DNA from: an uncultured Chthoniobacteraceae bacterium
GTDB taxonomy: Bacteria; Verrucomicrobiota; Verrucomicrobiia; Chthoniobacterales; CAKUMP01
Direction: 5' to 3'
DNA length: 64,000 nt
NCBI GenBank assembly: GCA_965365475.1
Contig: CBDUBV010000002.1
Span: forward strand, 51 to 64,050
The notes beneath the pieces are model-generated. The model ran no database searches and was not told the DNA's origin. It worked only from the letters and a program-made list of their open reading frames with translations. Below are positions 36,494 through 46,191 of this stretch, piece after piece. How positions within the stretch are numbered: position 1 is the first letter of the stretch; every line of letters begins with the position of its first letter. The position numbers and the translations under genes were made by a program.

Positions 36494-38017
36494 ATGTTAT
36501 TTAATTACGCCGACATACTGGCCACGGCTATCTATTGCTCCATACTGGCTGGTCTGGCCATTTTTGGGCTGCACCGGTATTTTATTCTCTATCTGTATTG
36601 GAAGCACAAAAGGACACGATTTGAGGCGAGGGAGAACTTCGCCGAACTGCCTCGGGTCACGGTTCAGCTTCCTATCTTTAATGAAATTCATGTGCTGGAA
36701 CGGCTGGTTCGATCTGTCGCCGCGCTGAAATACCCGAAGGACAAGCTGGAGATACAAATCCTGGACGACTCCACGGATGAAACTCGCGACATGGCGGCTG
36801 ATCTTGCCAGTGATTTCCGGGCGCGAGGATTCGACATGGTGCACATCCACCGGACGGACCGCACGGGATTCAAAGCTGGCGCACTGGAGCACGGCCTTCA
36901 GTTTTGCAAAGGCGAATTTATTCTCATCCTGGATGCAGACTTTATGCCGCCTGCAGACTTGCTGGAGAAGACGATTCCGTTCTTCACCGATGGTCAGGTG
37001 GGAATGATCCAGACGCGATGGGGCCATATCAACCGCAAGTATTCTTTTCTCACACGTGTGCAGGCGATGTTTCTGGATGGGCACCTGCTGTTGGAACAGA
37101 CCGCGCGAAGTCGAAGCGGACGTTTTTTTAATTTTAATGGCACGGCGGGTCTTTGGCGTAAAACCTGTATTGAAGATGCAGGCGGCTGGCAGCACGATAC
37201 GCTGACCGAGGATTTGGACCTGAGTTACCGCGCGCAGTTAAAAGGATGGCGATTCGTTTTTCTTCCCGAAGTGGTCACTCCTGCTGAGCTGCCTGTGGAG
37301 ATGAATGGGTTCAAGGCCCAACAGCACCGCTGGACGAAAGGCTCGATTCAGACATTTAAAAAACTTCTTCCACGCATCTGGCGCAGTCCTTTGCCTTTGG
37401 CCATCAAGGTGGAAGCGACTTTCCATCTCACATCGAACTTTGTGTATCTGTTTGTCGCGGTGCTGTGCGTGTTTTTACTGCTGGGTGGAAATAAATCCGG
37501 CGCAGGCGGGTCGGCCCTCTTACAGTCCATGCTGCATGTCCCTGTATTCCTCGCAGCCTCACTGTCAGCGATTATCTACTACATCTGCGCGCAGCGTGAG
37601 CTTTACCGAAACTCGTGGAAAAAAGACCTTTGCCTGCTCCCTCTGCTGCTTGCGGTGGGCATCGGGCTCTCGTTGAATAACACGCGGGCTGTTCTGGAAG
37701 CATTGTTCAATCATCAAAGCGGTTTCACGCGCACGCCGAAATACGGCATCCATTCACGTCGGCAAACATGGCGGACTGGCAAGTATCTGCCTATTCGGTC
37801 TGTTGTGACGGTGATTGAGTTGGTGTTTGCAGTGGCGTTCACATGGTTTCTCGGGGCTGCCTTTTTAAAGGGCGCGTTTTTTAGCCTGCCTTTCCTCGCC
37901 TTGTTTGCTGTAGGGTTCAGTTTTGTGGGCTTGTCTTCATTGCATCTGCGGCTGCCGCGATTTTTTGACCGCGATGATCGACCTGCGGAGAGTTCCGACG
38001 GGGCATTGGCAACATGA
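36494..38017 (+). CDS. processive family-2 glycosyltransferase (cellulose/glucomannan-synthase-like membrane enzyme)
   Basis: LPIFNE, ILDDSTD, ILDADF, TEDLDLS, and QQHRWTKG (QxxRW), with flanking TM helices. No PilZ domain seen. Confidence 0.85.
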   Translation: MLFNYADILATAIYCSILAGLAIFGLHRYFILYLYWKHKRTRFEARENFAELPRVTVQLPIFNEIHVLERLVRSVAALKYPKDKLEIQILDDSTDETRDMAADLASDFRARGFDMVHIHRTDRTGFKAGALEHGLQFCKGEFILILDADFMPPADLLEKTIPFFTDGQVGMIQTRWGHINRKYSFLTRVQAMFLDGHLLLEQTARSRSGRFFNFNGTAGLWRKTCIEDAGGWQHDTLTEDLDLSYRAQLKGWRFVFLPEVVTPAELPVEMNGFKAQQHRWTKGSIQTFKKLLPRIWRSPLPLAIKVEATFHLTSNFVYLFVAVLCVFLLLGGNKSGAGGSALLQSMLHVPVFLAASLSAIIYYICAQRELYRNSWKKDLCLLPLLLAVGIGLSLNNTRAVLEALFNHQSGFTRTPKYGIHSRRQTWRTGKYLPIRSVVTVIELVFAVAFTWFLGAAFLKGAFFSLPFLALFAVGFSFVGLSSLHLRLPRFFDRDDRPAESSDGALAT

Positions 38018-38568
38018 TGAAAAGTTGTCTTTGGCTTGCAGTGCTCGGGCTCGCAGGCTGTGTGGCTCCGGACCGTGACCATGTTCTGATCGTGAGCGTG
38101 CCCGATCAGGAGATGTTAGTCCTGCGCAAGGGAACACCCGTGGCACGCTATCCCGTGTCCACTTCGAAATATGGACTTGGAGACCGCCCGGGTAGCAACG
38201 CGACACCGCTTGGGAAAATGGAAATCGCCAAAAAAGTGGGGCGCGGGGCGGTGCCAGGAACCGTTTTTAAAAGTCGAAAGAAGACCGGCGAGATTATCCC
38301 GGTGGACGCTCCAGGGCGCGATCCCATCGTGACGCGCATCCTTTGGCTGCGGGGTTTGGAAGAGCAAAACGCGCGCGCATTTGACCGGCATATTTACATC
38401 CATGGCACACCGGAAGAGCGCAATCTCGGACTGCCGGTGAGCTATGGTTGCATTCGAATGGCATCGCGGGATGTGGTCGATCTTTACGACATGGTGGGCA
38501 AAGGAGCACGTGTAGAAGTGACCGAGCGACCACTGTCGGAGATTCGACCTGTGCCGCGGGACGGATAA
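38014..38568 (+). CDS. L,D-transpeptidase (YkuD domain) lipoprotein
   Basis: Lipobox LGLAGC and catalytic motif IHGT...SYGCIRM. The ATG overlaps the GT2 stop (ATGA). Confidence 0.85.
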   Translation: MMKSCLWLAVLGLAGCVAPDRDHVLIVSVPDQEMLVLRKGTPVARYPVSTSKYGLGDRPGSNATPLGKMEIAKKVGRGAVPGTVFKSRKKTGEIIPVDAPGRDPIVTRILWLRGLEEQNARAFDRHIYIHGTPEERNLGLPVSYGCIRMASRDVVDLYDMVGKGARVEVTERPLSEIRPVPRDG

Positions 38569-38569
38569 G

Positions 38570-39445
38570 CTAGGGTCTGGGTGCGAATCCCAATTCGTCG
38601 AGGTAAGCTTCCAAGCCTTCGGTCCAATGAGCGAGGCGATAGCCGAGAAGGTTCTCCGCGTGCGAAGGATCGAGCACAGAGTAATCGGGGCGCGCTCCCT
38701 TTCCATCGAGCAGCTTTTTAAACGGCACAGGGCGAAGTGATTTGCAGGCTGGTTCGCATCCGCGTGAGACGAGAGAAGCAAGAGCGTAGGCGGCGAACTC
38801 CTCCCATGAGGCGGTGCCGCGATGCACAAGGTTCACGAGACCGGTGGTTTGTTTCTCGATCAAGTCGAGCACTGCTCGTGCGCCCAGCGCTGCGTGGAGG
38901 CAACTACCCTTCTTGCCAGCAGCAATCGTGAGTTCTGTCTGGCCCATGAGAAGGCCGGGTAACATGCTCATAAACGTGCGTCCGTGGATTCCAAACAACC
39001 AGGCTACGCGAAGTAGTAAGACATTCGGCATATCCGCCAGCAGATGCTCCGTAGCAGCTTTGTGCTCCCCATAAACACACAACGGATGTGTCGCGTCTTG
39101 CTCGGTGTAGGGTGTCGCGGAGAGCCCGTCGAACACATAGTCCGAGCTGAAATGAATGAACCGGATGCCGCGCTCGTTGCACATGGTGGCCCACCACGCC
39201 GGAGCGTCGCGGTTGGTTTTTGCAGACGCTGCGGGGTCGCGCTGGCACGCGTCGAAGCTGCAGAGAGCAGCAGCATTTATCACCACATCGGGTCGCGTGT
39301 CTCTGAGTGCATCGAGCGAGGAAGCGTTGTGGCAAATATCAAGCTCCGAGCGAGTAAGTGCCGCGTGAGAGATGTCGCGCTTCCTCATTTCGGAGACCAA
39401 ATATTTGCCGATAAGACCGTCGGCACCTGTCAGTAATATTTTCAC
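38570..39445 (-). CDS. dTDP-4-dehydrorhamnose reductase family (RmlD-like NAD(P)-dependent sugar reductase)
   Basis: KILLTGADGLIGKYL, INAAA, SSDYVFDG, YGEHK. GTG start at 39445 chosen. Confidence 0.8.
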   Translation of the reverse strand: MKILLTGADGLIGKYLVSEMRKRDISHAALTRSELDICHNASSLDALRDTRPDVVINAAALCSFDACQRDPAASAKTNRDAPAWWATMCNERGIRFIHFSSDYVFDGLSATPYTEQDATHPLCVYGEHKAATEHLLADMPNVLLLRVAWLFGIHGRTFMSMLPGLLMGQTELTIAAGKKGSCLHAALGARAVLDLIEKQTTGLVNLVHRGTASWEEFAAYALASLVSRGCEPACKSLRPVPFKKLLDGKGARPDYSVLDPSHAENLLGYRLAHWTEGLEAYLDELGFAPRP

Positions 39446-39482
39446 AAAGTTTCGCTCAGATTGTTGGACCGACGGCTTGCAT

Positions 39483-40535
39483 TCAAGCATTGAGAAGCTG
39501 AAGCAGCTTCTTTTCGACGCTGTCGGGGGAGACATCCTGAAGGCATAAAATGCGAGGTTGCAAACAGACATCCACGCACGGATGAAAACGACACGGTGCG
39601 GGGCCTATCGAGTTCTCTGCACGGCCCCCGGGCGAGAACCAGTCCGGGTTTCCTGAGCCGAAGATGGCGAGCACTTTTTTACCGTGAGCTGCTGCGAGAT
39701 GTCCGGCCAGAGAGTCGTTGCAGAGCACGATGTCTGCACGACCGGTGAGATCGATCAGCTCTTCGAGCGTGGCGCAGTTCACGCGGCGTTGATGACTTGC
39801 GACCGGTTCCGGGCAGGGTTCGTTCGGTCCGGACACAAGCCAGATGTCCAGCTCCGTGCTTCGCGCGAGTGCGCCTGCGAGGAGCTGCTGGAAGTAGGCG
39901 AGCGGCCAGCGCTTGGTGGGCAGGCGTCCGCCTGTATGAATGAGCAAAGTCCGACGGCTGGGGACTTGGGGACTCTGGGGAAACCAAGGTGCTTGCGTGT
40001 GATACGGCGCGTTGAGAACGGAAGCGATCTGCGCATGCGAATCCAGATGATGCTGAGTCATGGATCGGCGGTCCAGTGGATGAGTCAATAGCCGCCGACG
40101 CGTAGCCAGTGCGCCGACCATGGCAAGCACCTGTCCGCGTCGCAATTGCGCACGGCGCCATGCAGCATTTATCGCATAGTAGTTCATGGCGTTCATGGGA
40201 AATCCCACGCGGACGGGTATGTCGCTCAGTGCCATCATCGTGTGAACCCGGCTGTCTGCCCACACGCACGACACGGCATCAAATGCGCCTGCGGCCCAAC
40301 GTCTGCTTTCCTCTCGCATCTCGCTCCATGCACGCAGGAGCCCGACTCGGCTGTCTTCATGCCAGGGCGGTGACCATGGGTGGATGCGATCCTGCGCGAG
40401 CAGTCGTTGGAAGATCGGCACGCTGCCGGGCCGACAGCAGACGTGCACCTCGCCAATGGCCTCGACAGCACGCACAAATGGCAGCGCCATGACCGCGTCG
40501 CCCAGATGATGCAACTCCACGACGAGAAGTTTCAT
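39483..40535 (-). CDS. glycosyltransferase family 9 (heptosyltransferase-like)
   Basis: MKLLVVELHHLGDAVMALPFVRA...IHTGGRLPTKRWP...CNDSLAGHLAAAHG. The ATG overlaps the upstream GT2 stop (ATGA). Confidence 0.8.
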   Translation of the reverse strand: MKLLVVELHHLGDAVMALPFVRAVEAIGEVHVCCRPGSVPIFQRLLAQDRIHPWSPPWHEDSRVGLLRAWSEMREESRRWAAGAFDAVSCVWADSRVHTMMALSDIPVRVGFPMNAMNYYAINAAWRRAQLRRGQVLAMVGALATRRRLLTHPLDRRSMTQHHLDSHAQIASVLNAPYHTQAPWFPQSPQVPSRRTLLIHTGGRLPTKRWPLAYFQQLLAGALARSTELDIWLVSGPNEPCPEPVASHQRRVNCATLEELIDLTGRADIVLCNDSLAGHLAAAHGKKVLAIFGSGNPDWFSPGGRAENSIGPAPCRFHPCVDVCLQPRILCLQDVSPDSVEKKLLQLLNA

Positions 40536-41317
40536 GGCTGGTTTTTCCGTCTGCCCAGCCATTGAAAAAAAGCTCGTTTCATCCGGTAAAAATGATGTCC
40601 GTAAAGTTGCATACGCAACGCACTGAGCCTCGCATGCGGCAGATCGTGGTAGCGGCGCTGCATCGCGGCGGATTCCCACCACATCGCAACGAGCTGTGAG
40701 CAAGTCTTGGAATCGCTATGCAGACGCATGGTCGCGAGAGGTTGCGGCAGGTAGCTCCAGACTGTTCCCTCGGAAATCCTCAACCAATATTCATGGTCGA
40801 GACAATAGCGCAACGAAGTGTCGAGTCCGCCATATCGCTCATACACCCGACGCCGCCAGAACGTTGCAGGTTGTGAAATGAAATTGCCGCGAAGCAATCG
40901 TTCGCGAGACCAGGGCCCGGCCTTTTTGAGCCGCTTCCATCCTGAATCGCCTTCCAGGAAAAAGTAATCTCCGTACACAACATCGACAGCCGCATCTCGC
41001 TCAAAAATTTCAAGGGCATGCGCGACATTATCTGCCTCGAAAAGATCGTCACTGCACAAGTAGCAGAAAATATCGCCCGATGCCGCCCGCCATCCTTGAT
41101 TGATCGCGTCCGCCTGACCCTGGTCGCTGGTGCTTGTCCACTGAGCGAACTGCTGGTCTTGCAGTATCGCGATGGAGCCATCGGTAGAGCCGCCGTCCCG
41201 CACGATGTGTTCCACCGTGTGTGGACGGATGAGAGCCGCAGTATGCCGGACACTCTCCAGCGTAGCTGGCAAAAATTGCGCCTGATTAAGAGACGGCGTG
41301 ATGACCGAGAGCTTCAT
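40532..41317 (-). CDS. glycosyltransferase family 2
   Basis: MKLSVITPSLNQ...IVRDGGSTDGS...CSDDL motifs. ATG 41317 chosen. Confidence 0.8.
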   Translation of the reverse strand: MKLSVITPSLNQAQFLPATLESVRHTAALIRPHTVEHIVRDGGSTDGSIAILQDQQFAQWTSTSDQGQADAINQGWRAASGDIFCYLCSDDLFEADNVAHALEIFERDAAVDVVYGDYFFLEGDSGWKRLKKAGPWSRERLLRGNFISQPATFWRRRVYERYGGLDTSLRYCLDHEYWLRISEGTVWSYLPQPLATMRLHSDSKTCSQLVAMWWESAAMQRRYHDLPHARLSALRMQLYGHHFYRMKRAFFQWLGRRKNQP

Positions 41318-43259
41318 TCGCTTGCTGATGGCTGGAAGGCACAAATGGCGGAATCATTTCCTGGAAGATTGTTTCGTAGCGATCCGTGACCTTTTCCCAA
41401 CTGTAGTATGTCCGCACGCGTTCCTGGGCCATCCGGCCAAGACGCGTTGTGGTCTCACGATCGCCAGCCAGTTCATCGATTTTTTCTTTCAAAGCTTCCG
41501 CTCCACGATCTGAGTTGAAAGCCATGCCCGCTTCTCCGATGACTTCGCGAGTGGCAGCCGATTCGCGGAAAAGTATGGCATTGCCAAAGCTCATTTGATC
41601 GAGGAGCACCAGGCGCGTGGCCTCAATGGCCGAGGGAAGAACGAAGAACCGACAATGCAAGCTCAGTTCCCGGTAGCTTTCGCCGTATTGAGCGCCGGTG
41701 AACACGACGCGTGAATCAGCAAGGTTTTTGAGACGTTTATAGTAGCGGGTCTCGTACCCCGCTGAGCCCACCACGACAAGCGGCAGAGATGTGCTGGTGC
41801 TGGCATAGGCTTCCAGCAGAGTATGCGCCTCATTCTCCGGAGACAATCGGGATACGAACAGGATGTATTCTCCAGGCCTAAGGTTGAATTGCTGAAGCTC
41901 ACGAGGCGCGGGTTTCTCTGTGATGATATTGGCTCCGTAACTCAGGTGTAATGGAGTCGCATCGTGATTGGTCTGATAGTGTCGAACCACTTGCTCATTG
42001 TCCGCAATGAGAGTGTTGGCAAAGCGAACCGCCCAACTCTCGCTTTTATACAACCACCACCGCGCAAATCCGCTCCATTTGCTGCGCTTGAAGTCAATGC
42101 CATCCACGTTGACGATCACCTTTTTTCCAAATAGTCGCAGACTCCATGCCAGGCAGGAATTCCCCACGCCGCAGAGATATACGACATCGTAAGGCTGTGG
42201 AAGTGCATGGAACATCGCCAGCGTAGTGTGCAGGATTGTCTCCAGACTACGCGTCATGAAAGTCGGCAGATAGATCACCGCCATGCCACGGTGTGTCTTC
42301 GGGCGTTCGCGATAGTGATTGCTGCGGTTATATACCGTGACTTCATGCCCTCGTGCCGCAAGCCGCGAGCCGAGTTCTTCGACCACAGTTTCAAATCCCG
42401 CGTAGCGCGCGGGCACGCCGCGAGCACCGAGGAATGCGATTCGCAACACGCCGCTGCGCCGCGGTGCCTGGTGATCTCTGGTGACGAATAACTTTTCAGC
42501 CAGGAGCTGAAGCAGAAACAAACTGTTGTATTTAAAATATCTGGGCCACAAACGTCCGGGCTCTTGCAGCAGTCGATACAGCCAGGTGAGTCCCCACCGT
42601 TGCAGAATCTCCGGCGCAAACGGTCGGTGCCCGGCGATCAGTTCGAAAGCGTCGCCTACGGCGAAAAAGACACCGCGCTTGAATCGATGCTGATTGCGGA
42701 TGATCCATCGCTCCTGACGTTCGCCTCCCAGCGCGACCCAGATAAAATCGGGATCATGCTCCTGGATGTCCTGTGCGAACTTCGCTTCCAGTGCTTCGTC
42801 CCAGTTTCCGAAAGGTGGAGAACATTTTCCCACGATCTGGATGTCTGGGTTGAGTCGGCGGGCAGCGAGTTCCAGATTTTTCAGACACGTTTCCGAGCCC
42901 CCGAAGAAATAGTGTTTCCACGGTGCACCCGCATGTTCCAACGCGTAGCGCATAAAATACGGACCATACACGCGGTCTGGCAAACCAGCGCCGCGATGAT
43001 TCATGAGCCATTTGAGCGGCGTGCTATCGGGAAATATGAGATCGAATCCGGCCATGACCGCGCCGAAGTCCGCGAGCTGGCGGGCGGTGGCTACGATATG
43101 TGTATTGCAGGCGGAAACCGCAGCGGGCTTATCGAGCTGGGCAAACAATTTCACCAGCGATAGTGCCGACTCATACGTCACGCACGCCAGCGGCATACCC
43201 AATATCGGGATGATGTCTGGCAAGTGGTCTGGGGAAACTGGATTGTCGCCGGGCGGCAT
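41286..43259 (-). CDS. bifunctional glycosyltransferase: WecG/TagA/CpsF (GT26) N-terminal domain fused to GT4 (DUF1972 + glycosyl transferase group 1) domain
   Basis: The N-terminal part has ILGMPLACVTYESAL...NTHIV...FFGGSE...VALGGERQERW (GT26). The C-terminal part has LRIAFLGARGVPARYAGFETVVEELG...VVVGSAGYE...PSAIEATRLVLLDQMSFGNAIL (GT4). Confidence 0.8.
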   Translation of the reverse strand: MPPGDNPVSPDHLPDIIPILGMPLACVTYESALSLVKLFAQLDKPAAVSACNTHIVATARQLADFGAVMAGFDLIFPDSTPLKWLMNHRGAGLPDRVYGPYFMRYALEHAGAPWKHYFFGGSETCLKNLELAARRLNPDIQIVGKCSPPFGNWDEALEAKFAQDIQEHDPDFIWVALGGERQERWIIRNQHRFKRGVFFAVGDAFELIAGHRPFAPEILQRWGLTWLYRLLQEPGRLWPRYFKYNSLFLLQLLAEKLFVTRDHQAPRRSGVLRIAFLGARGVPARYAGFETVVEELGSRLAARGHEVTVYNRSNHYRERPKTHRGMAVIYLPTFMTRSLETILHTTLAMFHALPQPYDVVYLCGVGNSCLAWSLRLFGKKVIVNVDGIDFKRSKWSGFARWWLYKSESWAVRFANTLIADNEQVVRHYQTNHDATPLHLSYGANIITEKPAPRELQQFNLRPGEYILFVSRLSPENEAHTLLEAYASTSTSLPLVVVGSAGYETRYYKRLKNLADSRVVFTGAQYGESYRELSLHCRFFVLPSAIEATRLVLLDQMSFGNAILFRESAATREVIGEAGMAFNSDRGAEALKEKIDELAGDRETTTRLGRMAQERVRTYYSWEKVTDRYETIFQEMIPPFVPSSHQQANEALGHHAVS

Positions 43260-43328
43260 GGCGCGAAACCATACGCCATGAAGACGCGGATTCCAAAGCT
43301 CAAAAAAATCTCCCTCCGTGCGGGGGCG

Positions 43329-44033
43329 TTACTCTCCTTCGTAAAGGATGCGCCCGCAGTTCCCACAGCATTCCATTTCCTTGCCTGCCCGAACCTTGTG
43401 AGCAGTCTGCGTGGTCACTTTCATGTGGCAACCCATGCACACTTCGTGTTCTACAGCCACCACAGCCGCATCGCCTTTGCTGCGCAGAATCCGATCATAC
43501 AGCGACAGGATTTCCTCATCGATCTGGCTGGCGAGTTGCGTGCGCTCGAGCGAGAGTTCTTCGAGTCGAGCTTGAATCGTGGCGGTCTTATGCTCCAGAT
43601 CGCTGATCTGCTTGCGAGCGAGTGCCTCCGTGTCCTGCAAAGATTTACTGGCCGTTGCCGTCTCCGCTTTTGCAGATTCGTAGGATTCCATCAACTCCAG
43701 CTCACTGTCTTCAATGGCTGAAATATCGCGCTCGTATCGGGCAATCTCGCCCGCCAATGCCTGGAACTCTTCGTTCTTGCGCGTCTGCGCTTGCTGCGTC
43801 TTAAAACGCGCGATGGAAGCGCGCTTGGAATCCGCATCCAGTTCCAGCTTTTTGCGTTCGACTTCGACCTGTTGGCCTTTGAGTTTGACGCTTTCAAATT
43901 CTGCCTGCGCGGATTTTATTTTCTCCTCCAGCATCCTGCGTTGAGATGGAGCGGCTTTAAGCTCCGACTGAATGGCGCGGATTTTTCGATCACGATCCTG
44001 CACGACGAGAAGCTTTTCGATCACTGGCAACAT
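43329..44033 (-). CDS. coiled-coil protein with C-terminal C4 zinc ribbon (COG1579-like)
   Basis: Long coiled coil followed by CMGCHMKV...CGNCGRILY. ATG 44033 chosen. Confidence 0.7.
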   Translation of the reverse strand: MLPVIEKLLVVQDRDRKIRAIQSELKAAPSQRRMLEEKIKSAQAEFESVKLKGQQVEVERKKLELDADSKRASIARFKTQQAQTRKNEEFQALAGEIARYERDISAIEDSELELMESYESAKAETATASKSLQDTEALARKQISDLEHKTATIQARLEELSLERTQLASQIDEEILSLYDRILRSKGDAAVVAVEHEVCMGCHMKVTTQTAHKVRAGKEMECCGNCGRILYEGE

Positions 44034-44174
44034 GTGGACGAGTGCAACAGATAATCTGCACGCACGCAACACCGTTTGCCGCTGGCGGATTGGGCCCCGC
44101 ACACAACTCCGCACTCAGGGTGCTGACAATTTCCTATTGATTGACCCTTCGCTGATGATAAGGATGGTGCTTTG

Positions 44175-45203
44175 ATGAAAATCGCACTTGATGCCATGGG
44201 CGGCGACTTCGCGCCCTGCAATACTGTCGAAGGTGGAGTCATGGCTCTTCGCGCTTACCCGCATATAGAAAAATTATTTCTCGTGGGCGACGAAGCGCGT
44301 GTGAAAGCGGAGCTGGATCGATTAAAATACTCTTCCGCGCGCATTGAGATAGTGCATGCCTCGCAGGTTGTCGAAATGAGCGATGGCGCAGTGGAGTCGG
44401 TCCGCCGCAAAAAGGATTCGTCAGTAAGCCGGGCTATCGATCTGGTGAAACAAGGCGCAGCCGAGGCAATCGTGAGCGCAGGTCACACGGGCGCCGCAGT
44501 GGCTGCCGCGTCCATTAAACTCCGCAACCTTCCAGGAGTGGAGCGGCCTGGCATCGCCACGCTACTGCCCACCGAAACCAATGTCTGCGTGTTAATCGAT
44601 GCCGGCGCAAATGTAGATGCAAAGCCATACCATCTGCTTCAATACGCGATGATGGGTGCGGTCTATTCGCGCCATGTGTTAAAATATGAGAACCCCACCA
44701 TCGGCCTCATGTCGATCGGCGGGGAGGATGTGAAAGGCAGCGATTTCACAAAAGACGTCTTCAAACTTCTGCGGGCGAGCAACCTGAACTTTCGAGGCAA
44801 TATCGAAGGGCACGATATATTTGCCAAACCTGTGGAGGTAATCGTCTGCGATGGATTTACCGGCAATGTGGTGTTGAAATCCTGCGAGGCTACAGCGCAC
44901 GCCATTTTCACATGGCTTAAACATGAGCTGAAACAAAATCCGCTGCGGCTTGCCGGTGCATACGTCGCGAAAGGCGCATTCAAAGCGATCAAAAAGAAAA
45001 CCAATTACGAAGAATATGGGGGGAGCCCCTTGCTCGGAGTGAACGGCATCTGCATCATCGCGCATGGGTCCAGCTCTGCATACGCGGTGCAAAACGCCAT
45101 CCGTGTTGCGGCAGAATCCATCCAGCAACAGGTAAATCCCCACATCGTTTCCGATATCCAACATTATGCTGACAAAACGCCAGCCCAGCCGGTCGCACTT
45201 TGA
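44175..45203 (+). CDS. plsX: phosphate acyltransferase PlsX
   Basis: MKIALDAMGGDFAP, SAGHTGA, GFTGNV motifs. Confidence 0.95.
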   Translation: MKIALDAMGGDFAPCNTVEGGVMALRAYPHIEKLFLVGDEARVKAELDRLKYSSARIEIVHASQVVEMSDGAVESVRRKKDSSVSRAIDLVKQGAAEAIVSAGHTGAAVAAASIKLRNLPGVERPGIATLLPTETNVCVLIDAGANVDAKPYHLLQYAMMGAVYSRHVLKYENPTIGLMSIGGEDVKGSDFTKDVFKLLRASNLNFRGNIEGHDIFAKPVEVIVCDGFTGNVVLKSCEATAHAIFTWLKHELKQNPLRLAGAYVAKGAFKAIKKKTNYEEYGGSPLLGVNGICIIAHGSSSAYAVQNAIRVAAESIQQQVNPHIVSDIQHYADKTPAQPVAL

Positions 45204-46191
45204 TAAACCCAAACGCACCGCATCCATCGTAGGAACGGGCAGCTACATCCCGGATCGAGTTCTCACAAACGGAGACCTCGAACGTATGGTGGATACCAGC
45301 GACGAGTGGATCACAGCTCGCACGGGCATCCGCGAAAGGCGCATCGCTGCGGATGACGAGTTCACCAGCGACATGGCGGCCAAAGCAGCAAGCAACGCGA
45401 TCGATAACGCGAAAATCTCTGCAGCAGACATCGATCTGATCATTGTTGCGACGGTGACTCCTGACATGTTCTTTCCTTCGACAGCCTGTTTCGTGCAGCA
45501 GAAAATCGGAGCGAAAAAAGCTGCGTGTTTTGATGTCTCGGCAGCTTGCTCCGGATTCCTCTACGGATTGGAAATCGCGCAACAATTCATTACCAGCCAG
45601 ACATACAGCACGGTGCTGGTGATCGGTGCGGAGAAGCTGTCGTCCATCGTGGATTGGACGGATCGGAATACGTGCGTGCTGTTTGGAGACGGCGCTGGAG
45701 CTGCGATTTTGCGTAATCGCGAGGGTGCGCATGGCGTGATTACAACCTATATGGGGAGCGATGGCGCGTTCTCGGAAATTTTGAATATCCCCGGTGGCGG
45801 TTGTCGCACGCCGATTGGACCGCACAACTTCGATCAGCGATTGAACACAATCCAGATGAATGGCAAAGAGACCTACAAGCAGGCTGTCACGGCCATGATG
45901 ACGGCTGCGCGGGAGGCTTTAAAACAATCTGGCCTGGAACCCGATGACATCGCCTGCTTTATCCCGCACCAAGCCAACCTACGCATCATCGAAGCAGTGG
46001 CCTCGCGTCTCCATGTGCCGATGGACCGCTTCATGATCAACCTGGATCGATTCGGCAATACAAGCGCGGCAGCAGTGGCGATCGCGCTGGATGAAGCCAA
46101 TCGGACTGGGCGCATGAGCGTGGGTGACTATGTGTTGCTCATGGTCTTTGGGGGAGGGCTCACATGGGCAAGCTCCGTCATCCAATGGTGA
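45166..46191 (+). CDS. fabH: 3-oxoacyl-ACP synthase III
   Basis: GTGSYIPDRVLTN, AACSGFLYGL (active Cys), HQANLRI, GNTSAA. The start is uncertain and would overlap plsX by 38 nt. Confidence 0.9.
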   Translation: MLTKRQPSRSHFDKPKRTASIVGTGSYIPDRVLTNGDLERMVDTSDEWITARTGIRERRIAADDEFTSDMAAKAASNAIDNAKISAADIDLIIVATVTPDMFFPSTACFVQQKIGAKKAACFDVSAACSGFLYGLEIAQQFITSQTYSTVLVIGAEKLSSIVDWTDRNTCVLFGDGAGAAILRNREGAHGVITTYMGSDGAFSEILNIPGGGCRTPIGPHNFDQRLNTIQMNGKETYKQAVTAMMTAAREALKQSGLEPDDIACFIPHQANLRIIEAVASRLHVPMDRFMINLDRFGNTSAAAVAIALDEANRTGRMSVGDYVLLMVFGGGLTWASSVIQW

